This document shows, piece by piece, positions 13,064 through 23,320 of a stretch of DNA of 64,000 nucleotides. The translations under genes were made by a program, and so were the position numbers. Location of the stretch: positions 16,988,001 to 17,052,000 of the forward strand of contig NC_043005.1 of NCBI RefSeq assembly GCF_006345805.1. The letters run 5' to 3'. This stretch comes from Octopus sinensis (lineage: Eukaryota). The notes under the pieces were generated by a model. The model saw only the letters and a program-made list of their open reading frames with translations. It ran no database searches and was not told where the DNA came from. Numbering within the stretch: the stretch's first letter is position 1; each line of letters opens with the position of its first letter.

Positions 13064-13237
13064 GGCGTAGGAGCGGCTGTGTGGTAAGTAGCTTGCTTAC
13101 CAACCACATGGTTCTGGGTTCAGTCCCTCTGCGTGGCACCTTGGACAAGTGTCTTCTATTATAGCCTCGGGCCGACCAAAGCCTTCTGAGTGGATTTTGT
13201 AGACGGAAACTGAAAGAAACCCGTCATATATATATAT

Positions 13238-13268
<31 letters not shown>

Positions 13269-13500
13269 GTATATATGTGTGTGTGTGTGTATATATTTGT
13301 GTGTCTGTGTTTGTCCCCACCCCTAGCATTGCTTGACACCTGATGCTGGTGTGTTTACGTCCCCGTAACTTAGAAGTTTGGCAAAAGAGACTGATAGAAT
13401 AAGTGCTAGGCTTACAAAGAATAAGTCCTGGGGTCGATTTGCTCGACTAAAGGCTGTGCTCCAGCATGGCCACAGTCAAATGACTGAAGCAAATAAGAGT
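13064..13500 (+). mobile_element. tRNA-derived SINE family A (internal TA/TG microsatellite)
   Basis: tRNA-like head tggctgtgtggtaag...ggttcagtcc, core ccttgggcaagtgtc, tail gactgaaacaagtaaaaga; resembles octopus OK/OR SINEs. Confidence 0.88.
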
Positions 13501-13765
13501 CGGTGGTTGAGGATCTCTAATGATCATGGATACTGACTTGGCTTTTAGACAACAGTTTTAAAACCATTGTCTTGAGTTGTTTGCTTGTTGTCCACTTTCT
13601 CACTGTCTCTTCATTTCTTACACTTTTTGTTAGCTTTTTGTGTCCTGTATTGATGTATTACATCATCTGGTGTGATGTTATCTGTTTCTGTGTTACATTA
13701 TATATTGGTGTATTAAACCATGTTTTCAATGAACCTTGTGAAGGTGCATGGTTGAGTGGTTAGAG

Positions 13766-13977
13766 CAGTGGTTTTCAACCAGGGTTCTGCGGAACCTTAG
13801 GGTTCCGCCAATACAGTCTAGGGGTTCCGCAAGAAGTTACAAAACTGCTAAAATCGGCAGTAATTCTCCTGTGCAGATATGTGTGCATAAGACTATTAAA
13901 TTATTGCACAGGGGTTCCTCGAGCCAGTGGAATGTTTCCTTGGGGTTCCACTCCAGCAAAAAGTTTGAAAAGCACTG
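13766..13977. mobile_element. hAT MITE nested in a tRNA-derived SINE head
   Basis: TIRs cagtggttttcaac / tttgaaaagcactg; 8-bp TSD ggttagag at 13758-13765 and 13978-13985; host SINE ~13743-14290. Confidence 0.88.
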
Positions 13978-14413
13978 GGTTAGAGCATTGAGCTCACAAT
14001 CTTGAGGTTGTGAGTTCAATTCCCAGTCCAGGCTATGTGTTGTGTTCTTGAGCAAGACACTTTATTTCACATTGCTCCAGTTCACATCAGCTGTAGAAAT
14101 GAGTTGCAACGTCACTGGTGCCAAGATGTATCGGTCTTTGCCTTTTCCTTGGATAACACTGGTGGCGTGGAGAGGGGAGGCTGGTATGCATGGGCCACTG
14201 CTGGTCTTCCATAAACAACCTTGCCCAGACTTGTGGCTTGGAGGGAAACTTTCTAGGTGCAATCCCATGGTCATTCATGTCCAGGGGGTCTCCTCAAACC
14301 ATGTTTCTTTGTGTCACTTTGTATATCAATCCACTTGACTGTGTGACAGTGTATACAGCTGGCCTATAAGTAGCAACACCTGATCTGTTAATCTATCTAT
14401 TGTCACTCCACCT

Positions 14414-14622
14414 TTATAAGGCGGCGGAATGCTTAGCGGTATTTCGTCTGTCGTTACGTTCTGAGTTCAAATTCCGCCGAGGTCGACTTTGCCTTTCATC
14501 CTTTCGGGGTCGATAAATAAAAGTACCAGTTTCGCACTGGGGTCGATGTAATCGACTTAATCCCTTTGTCTGTCCTTGTTTGTCCTCTCTATGTTTAGCC
14601 CCTTGTGGGCAATAAAGAAATA
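14414..14622 (+). mobile_element. tRNA-derived SINE family B with 16-bp TSD
   Basis: gagttcaaattcc B box, tail caataaagaaata; TSD tattgtcactccacct at 14398-14413 and 14623-14638. Confidence 0.9.
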
Positions 14623-14693
14623 TATTGTCACTCCACCTGGTCACTGTTTCTCTTTGTATCTAATTGCTTTCTTTTTGCTCTATTTCTCCACAG

Positions 14694-14815
14694 AGTAGAG
14701 AATGGCTGATTAATACTATGCAAGATGACCTCCAGAAGATTCTTAACCGGCTTCGACAGATGGAAGAGGACCAAGCAACTGAAGAATATGAAAAAGAAAA
14801 AGACAGAATGAAGTG
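14694..14815 (+). CDS. AFDN: Afadin coiled-coil exon
   Basis: ctccacag acceptor; SREWLINTMQDDLQKILNRLRQMEEDQATEEYEKEKDRMK; donor is either TG|gtgtgt (exon end 14815) or AA|gtggtg (exon end 14812), both phase 2 as needed by the next exon. Confidence 0.75.
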
Positions 14816-15064
14816 GTGTGTTGGTTTTTCTGGTTTTGCAGATTTTATTTTTTTAGGGCTTCATTTTTTCCTTTGGAGTTTTCTCAAGAACTTGTTTGTC
14901 AGTATTTGCACTCGAAGGAGAATTCGCTTATTGTAATATATGATATTGTACTCTTGATTGTCACCTCAAATTTAATCATCATTTGTTTATCACAGTACTT
15001 CTCAGAAAAATTCATCTTGATGTGTTGGGAGAGAGTTACCACTAGAAGTGTGAGAAAAGAGGGG

Positions 15065-15292
15065 TTAACCCTTTTGTTACTGTATTTATTTTGAGATGCT
15101 CTGTGTTTCTTTCAATTACTTTGAATATAACAAAGAATTTAGTAAAATAACTTGGTTATTATTCAGCTAGTGTTAGGAGCATAAATTGTGACTAAGGTTT
15201 GGTGAAAGATTTTAATTCAAAACTTATGAAAACAAGACAATTGTACTACTGAGCCAGAGCTGGTTTCAGCCAGTTTGGTAACGAAAGGGTTG
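15065..15292. mobile_element. piggyBac-like MITE
   Basis: ttaa-cccttttgttac ... gtaacgaaaggg-ttga termini; inverted copy at ~37103-37328. Confidence 0.75.
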
Positions 15293-15599
15293 AAATAATG
15301 CTGTAACATTGCATATTATTAATGTACAGCCTTGCTACTTAATTCCTCAACTTGCCTTGTATTTTTTATTCTTGCAGTATAGAAATGTGTGCGATTTAAT
15401 CACTTTTAAGTCCTGCTTCCTTTGTATTTCTTGTGAGACAAAGCATAGGGCTTATGAGAAAAGACAGCTGTTGCTATCAAGACTGTTTTTATTAACCTTG
15501 ATATGGGCTTCCCTGGACAGGTTTTTTTTTTCTTTTTTTTTTCCCATATTTTATCAGCTTCACATAGCCAGCCCCAGCCCACCCAAGGTACCTTGGATT

Positions 15600-15963
15600 G
15601 CAGGATGGCCTGCTGTGCTCACCTTTGATTGTAGGGCGACCTGCTGTGTTTGAGGTGACCTATTGAGTCAAGTACATCAAAATAAAAATCAAATGGAAAT
15701 TGTAGTTGTGATACCCGTGCTAGTGGCATGTAAAAAACACCATCCAAACATGGCCGATGCCAGCGTCGCCTTGACTGGCTTCTGTGCCGGTGGCACATAA
15801 AAAGCACCCACTACACTCACGGAGTGGTTGGCATTAGGAAGGGCATCCAGCTGTAGAAACACTGCCAGATCAGACTGGAGCATAGTGCAGCCTTCTGACT
15901 TCCCAGACCTCAGTCAAACCGTCCAGCCCATGCTAGCATGGAAAACGGATGATAAATGATGAT
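15600..15963 (+). mobile_element. Same (GAT)n-tail SINE family
   Basis: Same body and tail; similar copies at 51765-52203 (+), 52413-52712 (-), 58010-58476 (+), 58910-59175 and 60600-60825. Confidence 0.8.
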
Positions 15964-15972
15964 ATACATATA

Positions 15973-16014
<42 letters not shown>

Positions 16015-16394
16015 TATAAAACATCAAGGAAGATGAGAGATGCTGCATCTCACTGAACCAGATGACCTGGTTTAATTTTCAGTGTCCTGAGAATGCAACC
16101 AACCTCTGCTAGTATGGGGAAAAGAAATGTTAAAGCAATGTTGATGATAGTTATGTAGCTAAAAGGCATCTACCTAAGAGTGGAGGAGATCAGTAAAAGC
16201 AAAAATATAACCTAGTAGTTAGACGCTCTTTGTCTTCTGTTTAGTTCACTTTTATATTGGGTTGTACAGATCTGTAAATCCTTATTATTGTGTGATTTAT
16301 TGTTGAAGATAATTTCCATCTTTTGTTTCTCATTCACGAAGAATATTGACTTTTTTTTTTTTTTTTTTTTTTTTTTTACTAATTTCTTTCTTAG

Positions 16395-16509
16395 CCTTCG
16401 TCAGAGACTTGAAATCTTTGAGAAGGAAAAGGCTGAAGATCAAATTCGTCAACAGAAACGGCAACAACGGAAACAGTTAGAACAGGAACAACACCTTCAG
16501 AAACAAAGG
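16395..16509 (+). CDS. AFDN: Afadin coiled-coil exon
   Basis: poly-T...ttcttag acceptor, AGG|gtacat donor; LRQRLEIFEKEKAEDQIRQQKRQQRKQLEQEQHLQKQR; phase 2-0. Confidence 0.82.
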
Positions 16510-16518
16510 GTACATTAG

Positions 16519-17095
16519 ATTATTATTATTATTGAGTGAGAGAGCAGTGCATGCCATCAAAGTGACACTGGGGTAAAATATATGAAACCCAGTATACCCA
16601 TCATGACTACCCGTCTGATAAGGGTACACTAGGCATATGCATCACAACCATGTTTGCGTGACATGGTGATCTCATATTAAGATAAACAGCACATGACCTT
16701 GCAGGTGGGGCCCAGTTAGAATTTTCTTCTGGTCAAGTAACCCATCCCACTCAAAAGGTCCCTGAATAAGGGTTGTTTAAGGATGTTGAACAAAACACCC
16801 ATGTTTCCAGAGGTGAATTATTCAAACTCCAAAGAATTCCTTTCAACACATGGCTATGATGCTCCCCCACTACTTCTGCTCGTGATCAGAGATGCACATA
16901 TCGTCAGCCACTAAGGGACATGCTCAGCTGGTTATGGTCAAACAACTGACAAGCAAATCTGTGGTATTGAGCAGAATATTTGCTGTAGCCCATCTTTTAT
17001 ACCAAGTCAAAACAATGTACATGATAACACTTCCAATCAGTTAAGATCAGAAACCACAAGAGCCGCTGCCTGGTACTGCATCAGGGCATTTATTA
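16519..17095 (-). mobile_element. SINE-like element with (AAT)n tail (R4/Dong-type targeting)
   Basis: Reverse-complement match to 39234-39830; both copies sit in (TAA)n runs; this copy starts ~10 bp after an afadin donor. Confidence 0.8.
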
Positions 17096-18066
17096 TCATC
17101 ATCAACATCACCACCAACAATAACAACAAAGTGGTGAGCAGGCAGAATCATTAGCACACTATGCAAAATGCTTAGTGGGATTTCATCCGTTTTAACATTC
17201 TGGGTTCAAATGCTGCTGGGGTTGACTTTCTTTTATTCTTTCAGGGTTGATAAAATCAGTGCCAGTTGAACACTGGAGTTGATTTAATCAACTTAGCCCT
17301 TCCCCCCCTGAAATTTCTGGCCTTGTACCAAAATTTGAAACCATTATTATTATTATTATTGTTAACAACACAACTACAGTCCTTCATTTGGCTATAATTT
17401 GACATGTGTTTTCTGCTCTAGCTTTGGGTTGACCGATGCCTTGAGAGTGGATTTTTGTAGACAGCAGCTGTGTGGCAGCCCATCAGAAGCAATGATACTT
17501 GTTTTGGGATGATTGACTTATCCTTCAAACTGTATAAAGTTCCACCTTGCATGTTGTTGCCCTTAGTGGAGTCTGTGAGTGGATTTGGTTGGTGGAAACT
17601 GAAAGAAGCCCATTATGTGTGTTCCTGGATCTTTGTTTTGACATTCTGCAGAAGTTATGAATGAGTGTCACTGCTATGCAGGCAATATGGTGATGACACA
17701 GTCCTTCATTTCTAATCTTCTGTGAAAGCCTATCAGGCAAAATGAGGAAATATTATCTTGCTCAGAAACAAGTGAGGGTTGATGACAGGAATGGTATTGC
17801 CTGTAAAAAGTCTGCTCTAACAAATTCTGTCCAACTCTTGCCAGCATGGAAAAAGTTGGGCATGAAAATAATGTTGTGTGCTGTGTTTAATTGTATAGTG
17901 TTACAAACAGGATAAATAAAACTTGGAATACAAAAGTATTCATATCATTTCATTTAGCTGTGGGACTACATTAAGGGACTCAAGTTTGGAGAATTTCAAG
18001 TATTGTAGTTATATAATGAGAATGTCTTTTGCCAAATTCATTTGCCTTTTTTTTATTTTGCTTCAG

Positions 18067-18180
18067 GAAATGAGAGAAAAACAGAGGAGAGATATTGAAG
18101 AACAGAGAAAGTTATATTTGATGGAAGAAGAAATGATGAAAGAGAGAAAAATCGAAGAACTTCGTAAGAAAAAAGAAATG
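18067..18180 (+). CDS. AFDN: Afadin coiled-coil exon
   Basis: cttcag/gttagt; EMREKQRRDIEEQRKLYLMEEEMMKERKIEELRKKKEM; phase 0-0. Confidence 0.85.
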
Positions 18181-19972
18181 GTTAGTGTTTGCTTCGTTTA
18201 GACTTGGTTTAATGATTTCGTTATAGCTGTCTCTTCTTTTCCTTTGACTTCACTCATTCATTTTGATTTCTGGAGCTACCACTCCTCATTAGATCACTGG
18301 TTCTCCTACAGACAAATATCAGGGTATCCCTACCCCAAAGATATTAGTGAACTGTTTTCCCTACCCACCCACCAACTTCTCTTAACACTTTTGTTACCAT
18401 ATTTCTTTTTGAAATTCACTGCTTTTGATCCAGTTGATTTTGAAAATAATAAAGATCTTAGTAAAATAACTTTTTTTTTACTATTAATGAGGTGTTTACA
18501 ACATAAATTAGCAAGAAATTTTGATGGAATGTCTTTATAATAGGAGGCAAGATTTATGATATTGGGAGAATATCGCCTTTTCCTGTTATATCTTGTTCTT
18601 CGTGTAGTTCAGGCTCCAGCAAGCGGGGAAAGAAGTCTTTAAATACAAATGCAATTTACAGCCGGTTTATTTACAAGTTTTACTGAACAGGTGAAGTGTG
18701 CTGCTCTCAGCAATCATCTCAAGCTGTGTGCGTTGTGTTGTATCTCCGTTACTGCGGGCACATTGCCTCTGGAGATACAACATGCAAACAGGACTAACCT
18801 GGAGACCTGGCCAGTGAAGTGTGCTCAGCAAGCGCTTGTGGTGAAAAGAGAAAGAATCTGTTTTCATTGGGCCCTTATATCCAGTTCACCATCGCAAGCC
18901 TCGTTGTGATCTCGTACATGGCAAATGGATGCAGGTGAGGTCTCACTCCAGTCTCAGAGATGGGAATAGCTGCTGCGAGATCTCACCCAATATGTCGCTG
19001 ACTGCTTGTGCCGCTACATCTTAATTTAAACAGGAAATTAGTAACACAGATCTTGAGTAGTCTTAGGCAGTTGATCTCAAAAAAGTTGATACGGTAAAAT
19101 AGTTTCCATCCATGAAAGTCTTTCTTCTTTGTCATGGTGTTATGCAAATTTAGAAAGTTTCAAACCAGCTTAATTCTATTAAACATGTTAATTTGCTGAC
19201 AAACTTTTCAATCTGTAGTGATGTCATTTTGACAGTCTTCAGTGCGCGCGTGTGGGGTTGGAATCTTCTAGAAGGCCTGAGGAGGTTCCCTCATGCACAT
19301 GTGTTAAAAGATGGACGGAAAAGTTCTGTCGCGTTCCTTGCTTGCGTCGAAGACTCGGGACGCAGCCGTTGAACACTGTAGATGTTTTTTAATTAACTCC
19401 AGATTTGCTGTTTGGTTGCTGACTGACCAAATGTACATTTTACATATACCCGAATAAAGAGTTATATATATTGTTCGGATGCTTTTCTTGTTTCCTTACA
19501 TTTACATTTTTTAAAACAAAGAGGAAGAAATTCTACAAATCCTCTACCACCAATAAAAACACTGCATTAATTTGTTTTCATACCTTAGGATGTAATTTTT
19601 GGGTAATGTATGAATGGTCTGTGAGCCTGGTCAATCCTGTTATTGTTCCTTCTAGGAGTTGAAAACATGACTTTAAATTAGCAAAACTTTTACTGAAATT
19701 TTTTTCAGTTTTGCTCTTGCTGCTTATAAATTGTGTTCCCACTCTGTGGTACCTAAATAATAACTCAGTTGAGTGAACCATTTGTATTTTTGACACAGAC
19801 AGCACAATGCTGATAGTTGGCTACAAACAACCCCTAGTACTCTGTTGATGTACTCATCCTCACGTAGGCTCTAAATCTCCATTTATTCTCTTAATCATTG
19901 CAGCAATTTTTGTAGAGATGGAGTAGGATGTTTTTTCTTACAAACTAACCATTTTTCTTTTTTCCATTCTAG

Positions 19973-20851
19973 GAAAAAGAACAAATCCTTGCAACACGGG
20001 AAGCTGAAGAATTCCGTCAGCAAGCTGAACAAAAGCGCTTGGAAGAGAAACAGCTTCAGGAACAAGCTGACAGACAGATGGGCCGATACTCAAACATATC
20101 CAAGTCGAATATCAGCTCTAAAATGTATTCAAATAATACTTATACAGAACACGGTCCCAATCTGACATACCAAACAGCCCCCGAGAAGAACTTCACAGCA
20201 GCACCACAACCTCCTGAGAGAGGGTCTTCATTTGAAACCCTCAACCAATACCAGCAGCGTAATTTGATAAAACCTCTCCCTTCTGATCAAATGACCCCTG
20301 ATAACAACAATATGGGTAAAAGTGTTAGCACGTCTGCTTTGCGAACAAACCAGGATGTGACTGCTCCGAAAAAATCAGTTTCCTTCAATACTCAACTGGA
20401 AACCCGGATCAGTGCTGCCTATAGTGACGATGAACGATCATCCAACCCTTCTTTCCGTTCTTCTGGTGAGTTTTCCCCAAATCTCAGCCCCTCTTTCCTT
20501 GGAAACAGTGAACCGTCTGAATTGACGTCAAAAATGACCAATGAGGTATTCACTCAAGACTCTCACCAATCAACACCACCACCACCTCCAACAGCAAATT
20601 CAGTTGAAGTGCACTATAGGATTGCTGAAACCCCTGGTGTGATTGGTGGACAGGAAATCTATCGCGATCCCCGCACAAGAATCCAAGCAAAGAAAGCTGC
20701 TGGTTCTGCAAAATCTCCCGGTCCTGAACGGATGTCATTTAGGGATAAAATGAAATACTTTGCACAAGAAGCTGGAGAAGGCACTCCGAAGGAGAAATCG
20801 AAAGCATCTCGTGTACAAAGAGATATAGAATATGCTATGAATGGTCAGTGA
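19973..20851 (+). CDS. AFDN: Afadin terminal coding exon (F-actin-binding C-terminal region)
   Basis: ttccattctag acceptor with a ctaac branch point; open to TGA at 20849-20851; contains KKSVSF, TPGVIGGQEIYRDPR and PERMSFRDKMKYFA, conserved in the afadin/canoe C-terminus. Confidence 0.92.
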   Translation, partial: EKEQILATREAEEFRQQAEQKRLEEKQLQEQADRQMGRYSNISKSNISSKMYSNNTYTEHGPNLTYQTAPEKNFTAAPQPPERGSSFETLNQYQQRNLIKPLPSDQMTPDNNNMGKSVSTSALRTNQDVTAPKKSVSFNTQLETRISAAYSDDERSSNPSFRSSGEFSPNLSPSFLGNSEPSELTSKMTNEVFTQDSHQSTPPPPPTANSVEVHYRIAETPGVIGGQEIYRDPRTRIQAKKAAGSAKSPGPERMSFRDKMKYFAQEAGEGTPKEKSKASRVQRDIEYAMNGQ

Positions 20852-22417
20852 ACTACTGCAAATAAAAACTACAAAAATTGACAAAGAAATATTTGGTAAA
20901 TAAAGGAGCCATTTGGCTTGAGGGGTGAGAATTGGGAGAAGGTTGTGGAGTGAGATGGGATAGCAATTTCTTCCAAAATTTTGTGTGTGTGTGTGTGTAT
21001 GATTTACACACTTCTCACTCCTTCATAAATGGCATTTAGTTTTTTTTTTTTTCATTGTATTTTCTTCCCCTGGGATATTAACTGTACATTATGCTCCAGA
21101 AGTGAGGCAGAAACACTGCTGTTCATCACCCCCTCCCCCTTTTTTTTTTTGATAGTCAAAACAGTCATATTATTTTTATTTTGGCCTTGTGCCTAATGTT
21201 AGAAATTATTACTAATATTGTTATACAGGATAAATTCTTTATTTTAAAAAAAAAAAAAGGAATAAAAATACATAGTTGACTATTTATTACCGAAAATAAT
21301 GACTGCCGCTGCCACCAAGTTCCTGGATCTGTCTTTCTGATGTAAATAAACATAATAAAAAAACAATAAAAATGAGGTTATCTCACTTACCTGCAGCAGT
21401 AAATATCAATAAAATATATTTTAAAAAGAAATTTCAATTTTTTTTTTTAACATCTCGTCCTGCCGTGTATGTAATTTATGTCTGATGGAGGGTACTGCGA
21501 TAAGTAGTTGATAACACTGCTACTGTGTACATACTGTACATTATAACAGCCTGGACTGTCCAGTACAATAGATATTTGCATTGTAGAACAAACAGAGCTT
21601 TGTGGGGCTGCCCAGTACAGTAATGCCTACATGTAGCTTTATGGACACTTCCATATAGTATCGCTTTATAATGTTGACCTAACATTATGCATTTAACTGT
21701 ACAATATATCTACACATTTGTATAGACTATCCAGTACAGTATACCAGTGTGATGCAACCCAAATATTACAACTGTGCAGTAACCTGTACTGCTTACTATA
21801 TCACTGAAGTGGTTACCAAGCTAACATCCACTGCAGAGCAAAGCTCTTTACCTCCAAAGACCTTCTTAAAATCATAGTCCGTTTTTTGTTTGTTTTAAGT
21901 TTATTTTTAGTGATGTTTATTCCTATCTCTCCATGCTTTTGTCTTTTATCTATAACATTATGAATCAGACTTACTGGTCAACTCAGTAGATATTTGTTGT
22001 AGATCTTAATTTTTTCACATTACTATTTTTGTTGTTAGATTTAATATAAGATAGTAAACACAAAATTTGGTGTCCCAAAACCTATTAGTTTAACATATTT
22101 GGATTGTTTTCTTCCCATAGAAATCCTGCCTTACAGCCATATCATCAAATGTATAGGCACACATAGCAGACTCATAAAGTGTGTGCTAAGACCTTTCCTG
22201 TATTTTATATTACTGTCTAGTACTTCTTCAAATAACTTAGCATCTGTTGAACCTGTTCTGCTTTCTGTGATTACAATTTGAAGTCAAATAACGATATATA
22301 TATATATATATGGTTATCCGTAATAATGAAGGGTGAAATTAATTAATTTGGAATAATTATCAATTACACCAAGTAGTCTTCGGCATGTAAAAGCCTCATT
22401 CGAGGGAAATTTAAGTA

Positions 22418-22587
22418 ATACTAAGCAATAAGGGTTTAGCAACGAATTGCCTTACCACATACCGAATTTAGAAATAGCAGTCAAAGGGTTATAGCTATTT
22501 CTTAGAAGAAATAGCTATAACCCTTTGACTGCTATTTCTAAATTCGGTATGTGGTAAGGCAATTCGTTGCTAAACCCTTATTGCTTA

Positions 22588-22591
<4 letters not shown>
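22418..22591. repeat. Perfect palindrome, 86-bp arms, 2-nt spacer
   Basis: 22418-22503 is the exact reverse complement of 22506-22591. Confidence 0.95.
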
Positions 22592-22629
<38 letters not shown>

Positions 22630-22972
22630 CCTTGGAAAAACTATTTTCACACACACACATTGGATATATATATAAAGTGTATTGTATTCATTCAGCTGTC
22701 CCCATCTGGTTTATCTGACTTGTCAAAGTAATTTACTTGGGTCCAGCTACTGATACATGTGAAGAGGTAGGGTGGGAGTGACCAGTGGAGCTGAACTATT
22801 GTGAAAAATAGTTGACGATTTTCCAATTAAAGGTGGTAATTTTATAATTGGAAACTCATTTTTAATAAATGATTCAGATTACTACTTTTAATTTAATGAG
22901 AACAAATCTGGTGGGTTTGCAGAATTAGTAGAGCGTTGGGCCAAGTATCTTGTGATGTTGGTATCCTATAAT

Positions 22973-23320
22973 GGTCAGAATTTGAATCCTGTTAAGACTG
23001 CCTTCCTTATGGGGCAGAGGCAATAAAATAAGTACCGATCAAGCCCTGGGGTTGATAAAATATGGACTGGTCAAGTTATTGTGCTTGGAATAATTGACCA
23101 GTTCCTTTTCCCTAAATTAATCTTGTACTTCTATTAGAAATCCTTTGGTCAGAATTTGAATCCTGTTGAGACTGCCTTCCTTGTTGGGCGGAGGCAATAA
23201 AATAAGTACCGATCAAGCCCTGGGGTTGATAAAATATGGACTGGTCAGGTTATTGTGCTTGGAATAATTGACCAGTTCCTTTTCCCTAAATTAATCTTGT
23301 ACTTGTATTAGAAATCCTTT
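22973..23320 (+). repeat. Tandem duplication, 2 x 174 bp
   Basis: Units 22973-23146 and 23147-23320 with a few substitutions. Confidence 0.92.

Noticed and set aside
18608-18940. Coding-looking unique sequence with two in-frame TGA-AGTGTGCT contexts (readthrough or selenocysteine idea)
   Set aside because: No recognisable domain, no SECIS seen, and no consistent splice pair
22360-22410. Minus-strand CGAAUGA-GGC...GCC-GAAGAC next to the palindrome as a hammerhead
   Set aside because: The core deviates at essential positions (no CUGA, GAAG instead of GAAA, no clear NUH or stem I)
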